From contig CBFIGY010000005.1 of the NCBI GenBank assembly GCA_965662235.1, positions 32,001-96,000 of the forward strand: 64,000 nucleotides of DNA. The letters run 5' to 3'. A model generated the notes under the pieces. That model was not told where the DNA came from, searched no databases, and was given only the letters and a program-made list of their open reading frames with translations. Positions within the stretch are counted from its first letter, which is position 1; each line of letters opens with the position of its first letter. Both the position numbers and the translations under genes were made by a program. Below, piece after piece: positions 48,488-58,693 of this stretch. The stretch is from an uncultured bacterium (GTDB lineage: Bacteria; SAR324; NAC60-12).

Positions 48488-49215
48488 CAGTAGGAGACGT
48501 CAAAGGGTTCAAGGGACTCGGGGACCGTGAAATCCGGGGGGCCTGCAGGCTCCTGCGTCCGTTCCGAGGACGTCAGCGCGAGGACAATGCGGTTCAGGCC
48601 AATCTCGTCCTCAATCCGGAGCCGACGGGGCAGCCCTTTGGGACCGTCGCTGTAGGCCAAGAAGTCCACCTGGTACTCCGGGAAGTCTTCCACAAACTTG
48701 GTGACCTGCTTCAAGCGCCCCTGCTCCCACATCACTTCGAACCGCAGGGTTCCATTTGTCAGCACCTGTGGCCCTGCTTCCTGCGGCGCGGGTGGTGGGG
48801 TTCCGGGGACTTCCGGCAGCTCGCCTCGGAGGAGGTGCTGCAGCTCCTGCAGGGTCAGGTCCAGCCCAATCCAGTCCCGCCGAGTGGCTTCGGTGTTGGG
48901 CCCCTCCCAGTAATACCCCTCCTGGTAGTTCAGGACCTGCAGACGAGCGTCGGTGCTGCGTAGCTCATAGAGGAGGCTGCCAATCATGGGAGCAAAGATG
49001 CGCAGACGCAGGGATCCGGTCTGGCGATCTGTGGCATCAGCCAGGGTCAGGTCCAACTCCCCGCTGTGCTTTTCCTCAAGGTGCTGCAGGAGGATGCGTC
49101 CGGAGGCACGGTGACCCGGAGTCGTCGCTGAAGAAGGAGAGGGAGGAGGGAGCGTGGACTGACACCCGATGAGGGCTAGGGTCAGTCCGACAAGCAGGAG
49201 GGGGAATCGTTTCAG
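48487..49215 (-). CDS. LolB-like/DUF4292-like lipoprotein with probable CTG start
   Basis: Frame is open 53 codons upstream of the listed TTG and encodes LKRFPLLLVGLTLALIG-C (lipobox); LRLRIFAPMIG motif. Confidence 0.65.
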   Translation of the reverse strand: MKRFPLLLVGLTLALIGCQSTLPPPSPSSATTPGHRASGRILLQHLEEKHSGELDLTLADATDRQTGSLRLRIFAPMIGSLLYELRSTDARLQVLNYQEGYYWEGPNTEATRRDWIGLDLTLQELQHLLRGELPEVPGTPPPAPQEAGPQVLTNGTLRFEVMWEQGRLKQVTKFVEDFPEYQVDFLAYSDGPKGLPRRLRIEDEIGLNRIVLALTSSERTQEPAGPPDFTVPESLEPFDVSY

Positions 49216-49313
49216 TGCGAATCCTTCATGAGGACTTTTTCCGCCACCAGGAACAGGCTGATGTAGATGGCCGCAATGACCGCGAAGTTCACAAGGATGT
49301 TGATTTCGTGCAT
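49212..49313 (-). CDS. Small single-TM protein (33 aa)
   Basis: MHEINILVNFAVIAAIYISLFLVAEKVLMKDSH*; host-like codons; stop overlaps the next start (CTGA). Confidence 0.55.
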   Translation of the reverse strand: MHEINILVNFAVIAAIYISLFLVAEKVLMKDSH

Positions 49314-49544
49314 AACCGGGATTGCAAATGGGTGATGACGTTTCCCTGGAGACACCTTACTTCCCGCCTCACAGGTCTCAAAGCTAGCAAGAAATTTACG
49401 GATTTCAGCCCCTTGAGTCAAGCCGTTTTCCAGACCACCGGATCCCTGCCGAGGCGCCTGGTGGTGATTCCCATGCTTGCACCAGAAAACCAATCGGTTT
49501 TATACTTTCAAAGCCTTTGTTGAACCCTCACCTGAGTTGAGCTC

Positions 49545-49997
49545 ATGAACACCCCCGCCCCTCCTCCGTCGCCGTGGCAGCGCTGGCGCCTCTTCATCAT
49601 TGGGGGCGTGATCCTCCTCTTGGTCGGAGGGTGGATTTCCTTCAAACGGGTCCAGTTTCAGCGGGCTGAAGACGAGATCAGCAAGATTGAATTGCTGGAT
49701 GTGCAGGTGGGGCTTGGGGAAGGCCGCGATGGCATCACCACCGGCATCTTCGGAACGCTTTTGCACAACGGCGAATACGCCGTCCGGGTGGCCAAACTGG
49801 AAGTGAGCTTCCTGGGAGACAACGGGGAGGTGCTCGGCGTCAAAGACTTCTACCCCGTCAACCGTTACTCGCTTGAGTCCAAGCAGCGCCTGCAGCCCGG
49901 TGACGCCCGGGAGTTTGGCTTCAACCTCGACCCCTTTGCGCCAAAGGACTGGAACGGGCAGGTGGAGGTCAAGCTGACGGCCCTGGAACTTGAATAG
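49545..49997 (+). CDS. Membrane-anchored FxLYD-like Ig-fold protein
   Basis: N-terminal TM; IFGTLLHNG, VSFLGDNGEVLG, LQPGDAREF. Confidence 0.6.
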   Translation: MNTPAPPPSPWQRWRLFIIGGVILLLVGGWISFKRVQFQRAEDEISKIELLDVQVGLGEGRDGITTGIFGTLLHNGEYAVRVAKLEVSFLGDNGEVLGVKDFYPVNRYSLESKQRLQPGDAREFGFNLDPFAPKDWNGQVEVKLTALELE

Positions 49998-50007
49998 GAA
50001 GGAAATC

Positions 50008-51954
<1,947 letters not shown>

Positions 51955-51970
51955 AAGGGGCTTGCGACGT

Positions 51971-53395
51971 TTACGCAGCCTTGCGGGAAGCCTGGTTCTG
52001 GACCTGGACATTGGCATCCCGGAGTGCCGTCCGCAGTCCTTCTTCAATGACCGGGTGGTAAAACGGCATCTCGAGCATCTGTTCTAGGGTCATCTGCTGC
52101 TGATGCGCCCACGCCAACAGGTGGCCCAGGTGCTCGGCCTGCGGCCCAAAGATTTCGGCTCCCAAGAACTGCCCGGTGGTGGCGTCTGCATACACATGCA
52201 GCAGCCCACGGTTCCGGAGCATCACCCGGCTTCGTCCCTGATTCTCAAAGGACACCTTGCCCACCACTGGGTGCTGCCCCTGCAGTTCCTGCCACGACGC
52301 GCCCACAATGGCAATCTGGGGGTCACAGAAGACCACACTGAGTTGAGAACGCCGCAGTCCCGGTTGAACGTCTGGGAAGCGTCCGGCGTTGGTGCCGGCG
52401 ATCTTGCCTTCATCCGCCGCTTCATGCAGCAGCGGCAGGGAATGGTTCACGTCTCCGGCAATGAAGATGTGGCTGTCTCCGCACTGCATCGTCTGCGCGT
52501 TGAACACCGGCACCCCCCTCGCATCAAGTTCCAACCCTGAATTTTCCAAGGCGAGTCCCTTGACGTTGGGCTTGCGTCCCGTTGCGGCAAGAACGTACTC
52601 AAACTCCTCCTCCTGCTCGGTACCGGTCTGAGAGTCGGAAAACCGAACCCTCACACCAGCATCCGTCCGCTCCAACCCCAGCACCTTCGCGTCTGGATCC
52701 AGGGGAAACTCCGACTGAAACAACCGGGTGGCGTAGCCCTTGATCTCCGGATCGCTAAGGGGTCCCAAGAAGCCTCCCACGCCCAGCATCCGCACCTTGA
52801 CTCCAAGACGGTGGAGCGCCTGACCGATCTCCAAGCCAATCACTCCGGGACCAAACACGGCCACGGACTTCGGAAGCTGTTCCCAGTTGAAGACGTCGTC
52901 ATTGACAATGAGACGGTCGCCAGCCCCTTCAAACAGCGGAAGCACGTTGGGGGAGGAACCGGTGGCAATGATGATGCGTTTGGCCTTGATGCGGGTGTGG
53001 TCATCCACCTGCAGGGTGTGCGGATCAAGGAACCGAGCGTATCCGCGGAGGTGGTGCTCGGCAGGAATGTTTTCCACACTCTCCACAACGAACCCGACGA
53101 AGCGATCTCGCTCGCGACGCACCCGGTCCATGACCTCCACTCCGTTCACCTCCGGTGCGGGGGCATGCACGCCAAATCCGTGGGCTCGCTCAATCTCGTG
53201 AACGGCTTCTGAGGCCGCAATCAGGAGCTTGCTGGGCATGCAGCCCACCCGAGCGCAGGTGGTGCCATAGGGGCCACCTTCAATCAAAACCACGCGGTCG
53301 GTGTGTGCCCGGACGGCCCGATACGCCGGCAGACCTGCGCTTCCGGCACCAATGATCGCGACATCAACTTCTTTCTGCAAAGGAAGTGTACTCAT
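51971..53395 (-). CDS. Dihydrolipoamide dehydrogenase-like flavoprotein disulfide reductase (OxyR-linked type)
   Basis: GAGSAG, CARVGCMPSK, GPGVIG, YHPVIEEG. Confidence 0.88.
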   Translation of the reverse strand: MSTLPLQKEVDVAIIGAGSAGLPAYRAVRAHTDRVVLIEGGPYGTTCARVGCMPSKLLIAASEAVHEIERAHGFGVHAPAPEVNGVEVMDRVRRERDRFVGFVVESVENIPAEHHLRGYARFLDPHTLQVDDHTRIKAKRIIIATGSSPNVLPLFEGAGDRLIVNDDVFNWEQLPKSVAVFGPGVIGLEIGQALHRLGVKVRMLGVGGFLGPLSDPEIKGYATRLFQSEFPLDPDAKVLGLERTDAGVRVRFSDSQTGTEQEEEFEYVLAATGRKPNVKGLALENSGLELDARGVPVFNAQTMQCGDSHIFIAGDVNHSLPLLHEAADEGKIAGTNAGRFPDVQPGLRRSQLSVVFCDPQIAIVGASWQELQGQHPVVGKVSFENQGRSRVMLRNRGLLHVYADATTGQFLGAEIFGPQAEHLGHLLAWAHQQQMTLEQMLEMPFYHPVIEEGLRTALRDANVQVQNQASRKAA

Positions 53396-53494
53396 AAAAC
53401 AACTCCTGATGTGAAAATGGGGTGAGGCAAAATCGGCTGAAATTTGCCCTCAATTCTATGGAATCAAACTAAATCTCCCGGTCTGGATTGTCCA

Positions 53495-53531
53495 ATTGAT
53501 TTTTTTGCCCATTTTGATAGGTTTTAACGAT
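53495..53531. promoter_or_regulatory. OxyR-binding box
   Basis: ATTG-N7-TGCC-N7-ATAG-N7-CGAT versus ATAG-N7-CTAT-N7-ATAG-N7-CTAT, in the divergent oxyR promoter. Confidence 0.6.
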
Positions 53532-53560
53532 GTCGAATTCAATTTCAATTTGGAACTTCA

Positions 53561-54484
53561 ATGAACCTGCGTGATCTGGAGTACTTGGTTGCCCTAGATG
53601 AGTTTCGGAACTTCCGGAAGGCGTCTGAAAAGTGTTTTGTCACTCAACCCACGCTCAGCGGGCAGCTCCGGAAACTGGAGGAGTACTTGGGGGTGCAGCT
53701 GGTGGAGCGGACACGCCGGAGCGTGAACCTGACTCCGGTGGGACAGGAAGTCGTGCGTCGCGCGCGCCTGATTCTGGCTGAAGCCGAACAGATTGAGGAG
53801 ATTGCCCAGACCTTCAACGACCCCCTACGGGGAAAGATTCGGCTGGGGCTGATTCCAACGGTGGCGCCCTACCTGCTGCCGGCCATCATGTCTGCCATCC
53901 GGGAGGCGTTGCCCAACCTGGAGCTGTTTCTGTTTGAGGAGCAGACCCACCGGCTGCTAGAGCGCCTCAAGTCGGTGGAGCTGGACGCTGTCATCCTGGC
54001 GCTGCCGGTGGACCTGACGGGGTTGGAGGTGCTGGAACTTTATGATGAGGCATTCTGGTTGGCCATTCCGGAGGCACATCCTCTTGCCAAGCGAGGGCAC
54101 GCGCAGATTCAGGACCTGCATCAGGAGACGATCCTCCTGCTTGAAGACGGACACTGCCTCCGGGATCAGGCCCTTGAGGTCTGTGCCCTTGCAGGCGCTT
54201 CAGAGAGTCAGGGATTCCAGGGGACCAGTCTGGAGACCCTCCGGCACATGGTGTCTGCCGGCATGGGCGTGACCCTGATGCCGGAACTGGCGGTGCACAA
54301 GCGTTCCACCAGTTCCTTGCCCATTCAGTACCTGCCGTTTGAGGCGCCTCCACCCACCCGCAAGATCGGGCTGCTCTTCCGGAAGTCGTCTCGCCGGACC
54401 CCCTGTTATCAGCAGATGGCTCAGGCCATTCAGCAGACCCTTGGCAACCCCACTAGTTCAGTAGGGTCGGTACGGCAAGGGTAA
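53561..54484 (+). CDS. oxyR: H2O2-sensing LysR regulator
   Basis: MNLRDLEYLVAL, IPTVAPYLLP, EDGHCLRDQALEVC (both redox Cys), TSLETLRHMV. Confidence 0.95.
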   Translation: MNLRDLEYLVALDEFRNFRKASEKCFVTQPTLSGQLRKLEEYLGVQLVERTRRSVNLTPVGQEVVRRARLILAEAEQIEEIAQTFNDPLRGKIRLGLIPTVAPYLLPAIMSAIREALPNLELFLFEEQTHRLLERLKSVELDAVILALPVDLTGLEVLELYDEAFWLAIPEAHPLAKRGHAQIQDLHQETILLLEDGHCLRDQALEVCALAGASESQGFQGTSLETLRHMVSAGMGVTLMPELAVHKRSTSSLPIQYLPFEAPPPTRKIGLLFRKSSRRTPCYQQMAQAIQQTLGNPTSSVGSVRQG

Positions 54485-54836
54485 AGCAAGGGATCTCCGC
54501 GTCAAAGGTCTCTCCAGAAGCAGTTTGCATCTGGTAGGTTCCCTGCATGGTTCCCATCGGAGATTTCAGGTGCGAGCCACTGGTGTACTCATGTTCCTCT
54601 CCGGGCGCAAGGACCGGCTGTTCACCCACCACTCCTTCACCTTGCACTTCTGTCACCTCGCCGGTGCTGTCGGTGATGACCCAGTGCCGGCTGATGAGCT
54701 GCACGGTTTCGGCGCCCTTGTTGCGCAACCGGATGCGGTAGGCAAAGGTATATCGGTCTTCCTCCGGAACCGAATGCTCCTCTAGGTAAAATGACTCAAC
54801 CGAGACCTCAAAGCCTCGAGTGGTTGCTGTTTCCAT
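54453..54836 (-). CDS. apaG: ApaG domain protein
   Basis: FAYRIRLRN, QLISRHWVITD, GEGVVGEQP, YTSG. Confidence 0.95.
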   Translation of the reverse strand: METATTRGFEVSVESFYLEEHSVPEEDRYTFAYRIRLRNKGAETVQLISRHWVITDSTGEVTEVQGEGVVGEQPVLAPGEEHEYTSGSHLKSPMGTMQGTYQMQTASGETFDAEIPCFTLAVPTLLN

Positions 54837-54986
54837 AAGAACCTAAGACCTTAAAACCGACTCCGTGGAGCCGAATGAACAAGTGGATTTTCAAGAAGGC
54901 GGGCCAGGGACTCAGGCAGTGCGATGCCACTTGCCCTTCTTGGAAGGGTAGCCTAACCTCATGGCTTTTTCAAAGCAGGATGCACC

Positions 54987-56108
54987 ATGCCGGATGATGC
55001 GGACCTCAAGCTGACTCTCTATCCGAACGCGACCCGCCCGCCTGCCCCTGAAGCAGAAGGCTCGACTCCGCGACGGATCCGGCAACAAGCCGCCGCCCAG
55101 TACTTTCAGACGGTGCAGCAGCGGCTGGGACGCATTCCCCTGCTCCGAGACGTGGTGCCCTGGGTGCAAGCGACCCTGGTGGACCTGCTGCTCGCCGGCA
55201 AAGGGCTTCCGAAGAATCCTGCCTGGGCGGTCTCCCTCCCGGGTCCCAACGGGGCGCGCTTGCCCTGCGAGGTGTTTGAAGAATCCGAGCCACAGGCCTG
55301 CACCCCGGAAGAGTACAAGCACCGCACCGTGCTGAAGCTCAAGCGGACCCTCCGGATCCTCAAGCAGCTGCGCAAGGCCTACCCGGATGCCGATGGGCTG
55401 GAGCAGCTAGAGGCGTTGCTGCAGGAAGTCGATCTGGAAAGCGAGGCCCATGACCTCGATGGCGACCTTCGGGAGGTCCTCACGTCATCCGCCTTCAGCG
55501 AGTACCTGGGCCTCAAGACTCGCTTTCTTGAGGAGTGGAAGCAGGGGCAGCTGGAACAGCATGCCCAGACCAAAGAGGCTCTGCTCACCGAAGCCACGCT
55601 GCAGGAAACCGTGCATGCCCTGCAGCAGCAGGAGCCTCGACTGGCTGAGCATCCGGACATTTTGCTCTATGAGCACCAGGAGTTCTTCCGGATGTGCAAC
55701 ACCACCACGCATCCGCAGCTCAACACCACGTCCCTTGAGTTCTGGGAAACCGAGGAGCGGCGCGACCAGTTCACGCAGTTTCTGGAAACGCTCCGGGACC
55801 GTCTGGGGGTGCTGCAGCCCTTCCACATCCTCCGCTTTGAGCACTCCTTCACCTACCTCCTGGTGGGGACCTCTGACGAGGAGTTCCTGACCTCGCTACA
55901 GGAAAGCGAGGAGGCCACGCACCACGCCAAGGTCATCCTCCGCCTCTCCGGACAGCAGTATCAGGAGCTCAAGGCCGATCCCGACACCCCGGGATACGCA
56001 GAGTGCCTCAAGCACGCGCTGCATCCGTTTGTGGTTCACCTCAACGAGCAGCTAGAATTAGAACTACCCGACGCCTTCGTGGCCTTTTTTGAAACCGGAA
56101 CGAGTTGA
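54987..56108 (+). CDS. Hypothetical protein (373 aa, helical, acidic)
   Basis: Host-like codon use, AGGA RBS, 3 nt from obgE; no family recognised. Confidence 0.7.
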   Translation: MPDDADLKLTLYPNATRPPAPEAEGSTPRRIRQQAAAQYFQTVQQRLGRIPLLRDVVPWVQATLVDLLLAGKGLPKNPAWAVSLPGPNGARLPCEVFEESEPQACTPEEYKHRTVLKLKRTLRILKQLRKAYPDADGLEQLEALLQEVDLESEAHDLDGDLREVLTSSAFSEYLGLKTRFLEEWKQGQLEQHAQTKEALLTEATLQETVHALQQQEPRLAEHPDILLYEHQEFFRMCNTTTHPQLNTTSLEFWETEERRDQFTQFLETLRDRLGVLQPFHILRFEHSFTYLLVGTSDEEFLTSLQESEEATHHAKVILRLSGQQYQELKADPDTPGYAECLKHALHPFVVHLNEQLELELPDAFVAFFETGTS

Positions 56109-56111
56109 TGT

Positions 56112-57173
56112 GTGAAGTTTGTTGATTCCGTAAAGATTCAGGTCCGCTCCGGAAGCGGCGGCTCCGGCTGCACCGCCTTCCGTCGCGAAAAATTTGTGGC
56201 CATGGGGGGGCCAAATGGCGGAAACGGCGGCAAGGGCGGTGACGTGTACTTTGTGGGCGACCACAATCAGGCCACCCTGCTCGACCTCGCCTTTCAGCAG
56301 CACCAGCATGCCGGAAACGGACAAGCCGGTGGCGGCAGCGACAAGCAGGGCCGCAACGGCGAAGACCTCTTCATCCCGGTCCCGCTGGGAACCGTTGTCA
56401 GAGATGAGGAAAATCAAGATGAGGTGCTGCTGGAGGTCCTCGAACCGCGTCCGTACCGGTTTCTCGAAGGAGGCCGGGGTGGCCGCGGCAACGCCAGCTT
56501 CAAGACCTCCCGGAACCGTGCGCCAGACTTTCATCAGCCTGGAGAGGCCGGAGTCGAGATGTGGGTCCGGTTGGAGCTTAAGCTCATGGCCGATGTGGGC
56601 CTGGTGGGCTTTCCGAATGCAGGAAAATCGACTCTGATCAGCTCCGTCTCCAAGGCCACTCCCAAGATTGCCGACTACCCCTTCACCACCCTTGTTCCGC
56701 AGCTTGGTGTCGTCAAACACGATGAGTTCGACCCCTTTGTGATTGCGGACATTCCCGGCATCATTGAAGGCGCCCATGAAGGCCGGGGTCTGGGAGACCG
56801 CTTCCTCCGGCACATTGAGCGAACCGCCATCCTGCTGCTGCTGCTTGACGTCTCCGGATTTTCAGAGCACCCCCCTCTGGAAGAGTACGAAATGCTGATC
56901 AATGAGTTGGGGCTCTATGAATCATCCCTCCTGAACAAGCCCCGGGCCGTTGCCTTGACCAAGCTGGACAGCATCAGCGACGAGGCTGACGTGGCAGACG
57001 TAGAGGCCTCGCTCCAGGAGGCCGGTGAGTCGGTGTTCCGGATTTCGGCAGTGGCCGGTCAGGGACTGAACGACCTGCTCCGGTACCTGGCCAAGGTGGT
57101 CCATGACACCCGGCAGGAGCGCTGGGAACAGGAATCGGAGAATCCCCCGAACTACTCCATCTGGGAGGACTGA
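56112..57173 (+). CDS. obgE: GTPase Obg
   Basis: Gly-rich Obg fold, GFPNAGKST, YPFTTL, DIPG, TKLD, SA. Confidence 0.97.
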   Translation: MKFVDSVKIQVRSGSGGSGCTAFRREKFVAMGGPNGGNGGKGGDVYFVGDHNQATLLDLAFQQHQHAGNGQAGGGSDKQGRNGEDLFIPVPLGTVVRDEENQDEVLLEVLEPRPYRFLEGGRGGRGNASFKTSRNRAPDFHQPGEAGVEMWVRLELKLMADVGLVGFPNAGKSTLISSVSKATPKIADYPFTTLVPQLGVVKHDEFDPFVIADIPGIIEGAHEGRGLGDRFLRHIERTAILLLLLDVSGFSEHPPLEEYEMLINELGLYESSLLNKPRAVALTKLDSISDEADVADVEASLQEAGESVFRISAVAGQGLNDLLRYLAKVVHDTRQERWEQESENPPNYSIWED

Positions 57174-57175
57174 GC

Positions 57176-57493
57176 ATGAGCTGGAATCAGGAAACCGCCA
57201 TTGCCTGGTGCCGGAAGCATTCGCAGCAGCAGGTCCGCCTGCAAGCCACAGACGCCCGTCAGCTTCCGGTCCTGCAGGGGCAGCTGGAGGAAGTGCTGGA
57301 GCTCGACCTCTGCGGCTCCATTCTCACAGAAGCGGAAATCACTCTGGCCGCCCCCCTTGCGTCCGGACACGAACAGGCCTACCTGACGTTTCACACCTCC
57401 TTCCTGGGCATTCAGCTGCTCCAGTTTTCTGGCACTCCGGAGGCCCAGTCGTTTGAGCTTCCCTACACCGACCTGGACCTCGCTGCGCTTTGA
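57176..57493 (+). CDS. Hypothetical protein
   Basis: GGAGG RBS, 2 nt after obgE; no family recognised. Confidence 0.6.
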   Translation: MSWNQETAIAWCRKHSQQQVRLQATDARQLPVLQGQLEEVLELDLCGSILTEAEITLAAPLASGHEQAYLTFHTSFLGIQLLQFSGTPEAQSFELPYTDLDLAAL

Positions 57494-57559
57494 CACCCGT
57501 CTTTTCCTGAGGCCACCTGAAACGTACCCCGCACGGCCGTTCGGCTTGAGCCCCAAGGG

Positions 57560-57960
57560 TTACGCCTCGGGCTCCTGATGGGAAAGAAGCTGCTCCGTCA
57601 GGTCCAAGAACCCTTCAACGTCCTCGCAGCGAGCGTGAACCAATTCGGGATCTGGCTGAAAACCAACATCATAATCGGCCAGAGAGCGGTCATCTTGAAG
57701 GCGGCTGAGTCGTTTTCCCCAGATCACGTCCACTCGTCCGGAGGCCACGAAGTGCTCATGAAACTTCTGAAACGTGCCCCGGTGTGTTTTCGGCATCAAA
57801 CGGTCCATGAGCAACAGGGCTCTGGCTGCATGAAAGGCGGCATAGTAAGCGCGCGACAGGGCATCACGGTCGTACCTTCCGGTAAGCAGGCGTGCTGCAC
57901 CAACGCTTCTTGAGCCCGTTCTAGCTCCTGCTGGATGTCGAGCCTCCGGGCTTCTTTCAT
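57560..57960 (-). pseudogene. HEPN-domain protein with an apparent 1-nt deletion near 57900
   Basis: ATG 57960 (ATGA with MNT stop) gives MKEARRLDIQQELERAQEAL; the rest (AARLL..SRAYYAAFHAARALL..PKTHRG..RSLADY) is in another frame. Confidence 0.7.
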
Positions 57961-58325
57961 AAGGGGACACCGTCTTCCGCCAGGCTTCTGGCAAAGGGAA
58001 GCTGGTGCTGCTGCAGGGTCTGCAGACGGCTGTGGGGCACCACATGAATGGAGAGCCGGAAGTGCAGGCGTTGGTTGATTTCGTAGCAGGCATCATGCAT
58101 GGCATCATGACGGCGCCAGTCACTGGAGGTGCTGACGATCAGCACATCAATGTCAGACTCTTCATGCTGCTCCTGACGGGCAAAGGAGCCAAAGACCAGC
58201 ATTTGCTCAATCTCTCCGGGAAACTGAATCATCAGCTGACGCTTGAGTTCCTGCAGCAGCACAGAGGGGGACTCGACCTCTAAAGACTGGAGTGCCTCTC
58301 CGGTAGAAGCGAGATCAGTTCGCAT
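57957..58325 (-). CDS. Minimal nucleotidyltransferase (MNT) antitoxin-like
   Basis: VFGSFARQEQHEESDIDVLIV (GS-x10-DxD). Confidence 0.88.
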   Translation of the reverse strand: MRTDLASTGEALQSLEVESPSVLLQELKRQLMIQFPGEIEQMLVFGSFARQEQHEESDIDVLIVSTSSDWRRHDAMHDACYEINQRLHFRLSIHVVPHSRLQTLQQHQLPFARSLAEDGVPL

Positions 58326-58343
58326 GGCTTTCCTGTGGTTATT

Positions 58344-58511
58344 TCAAGGTGCAACGGATCTGACACGAGGAACACGCTCAACGTCGTCTTGGCAACGGGC
58401 CATCTCCGCCTGCCCCTTAAGCACTTCCGCTTCCATCCGTGCTGCTGGAGGCAGCTCCCGGACGGCAACAGCGGTGATTTTCTGCCGATCATAGTTTTCC
58501 CGTGTGAGCAA
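58344..58511 (-). pseudogene. Possible RidA/YjgF C-terminal remnant
   Basis: Manual translation contains TAVAVRELPPAARMEAEVL, resembling the RidA C-terminal motif; in-frame stop just upstream. Confidence 0.3.
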
Positions 58512-58613
58512 TCAAGAGAAAACCCGCCTGCCACTCAAGGCGCGCGCTTCCCGGCCAGAGGGACCTCCTGAGTTCGGAACCAAGGAGGCTCTGGCCCAGG
58601 AAATGGCTGTGCT

Positions 58614-58642
58614 TTGACAATCGGCAGGGTTCTCACTATAGT
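58614..58642 (+). promoter_or_regulatory. Sigma70 promoter of parE
   Basis: TTGACA-N17-TATAGT. Confidence 0.75.
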
Positions 58643-58693
58643 TCTAGCCACCCAAGTTGATTTCCCCCTTTGGACGCAAACGCACGGAAGCTG

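Noticed and set aside
54453..54484. 32-bp convergent overlap of oxyR and apaG
   Set aside because: Short tail-to-tail overlaps are common and need no special explanation
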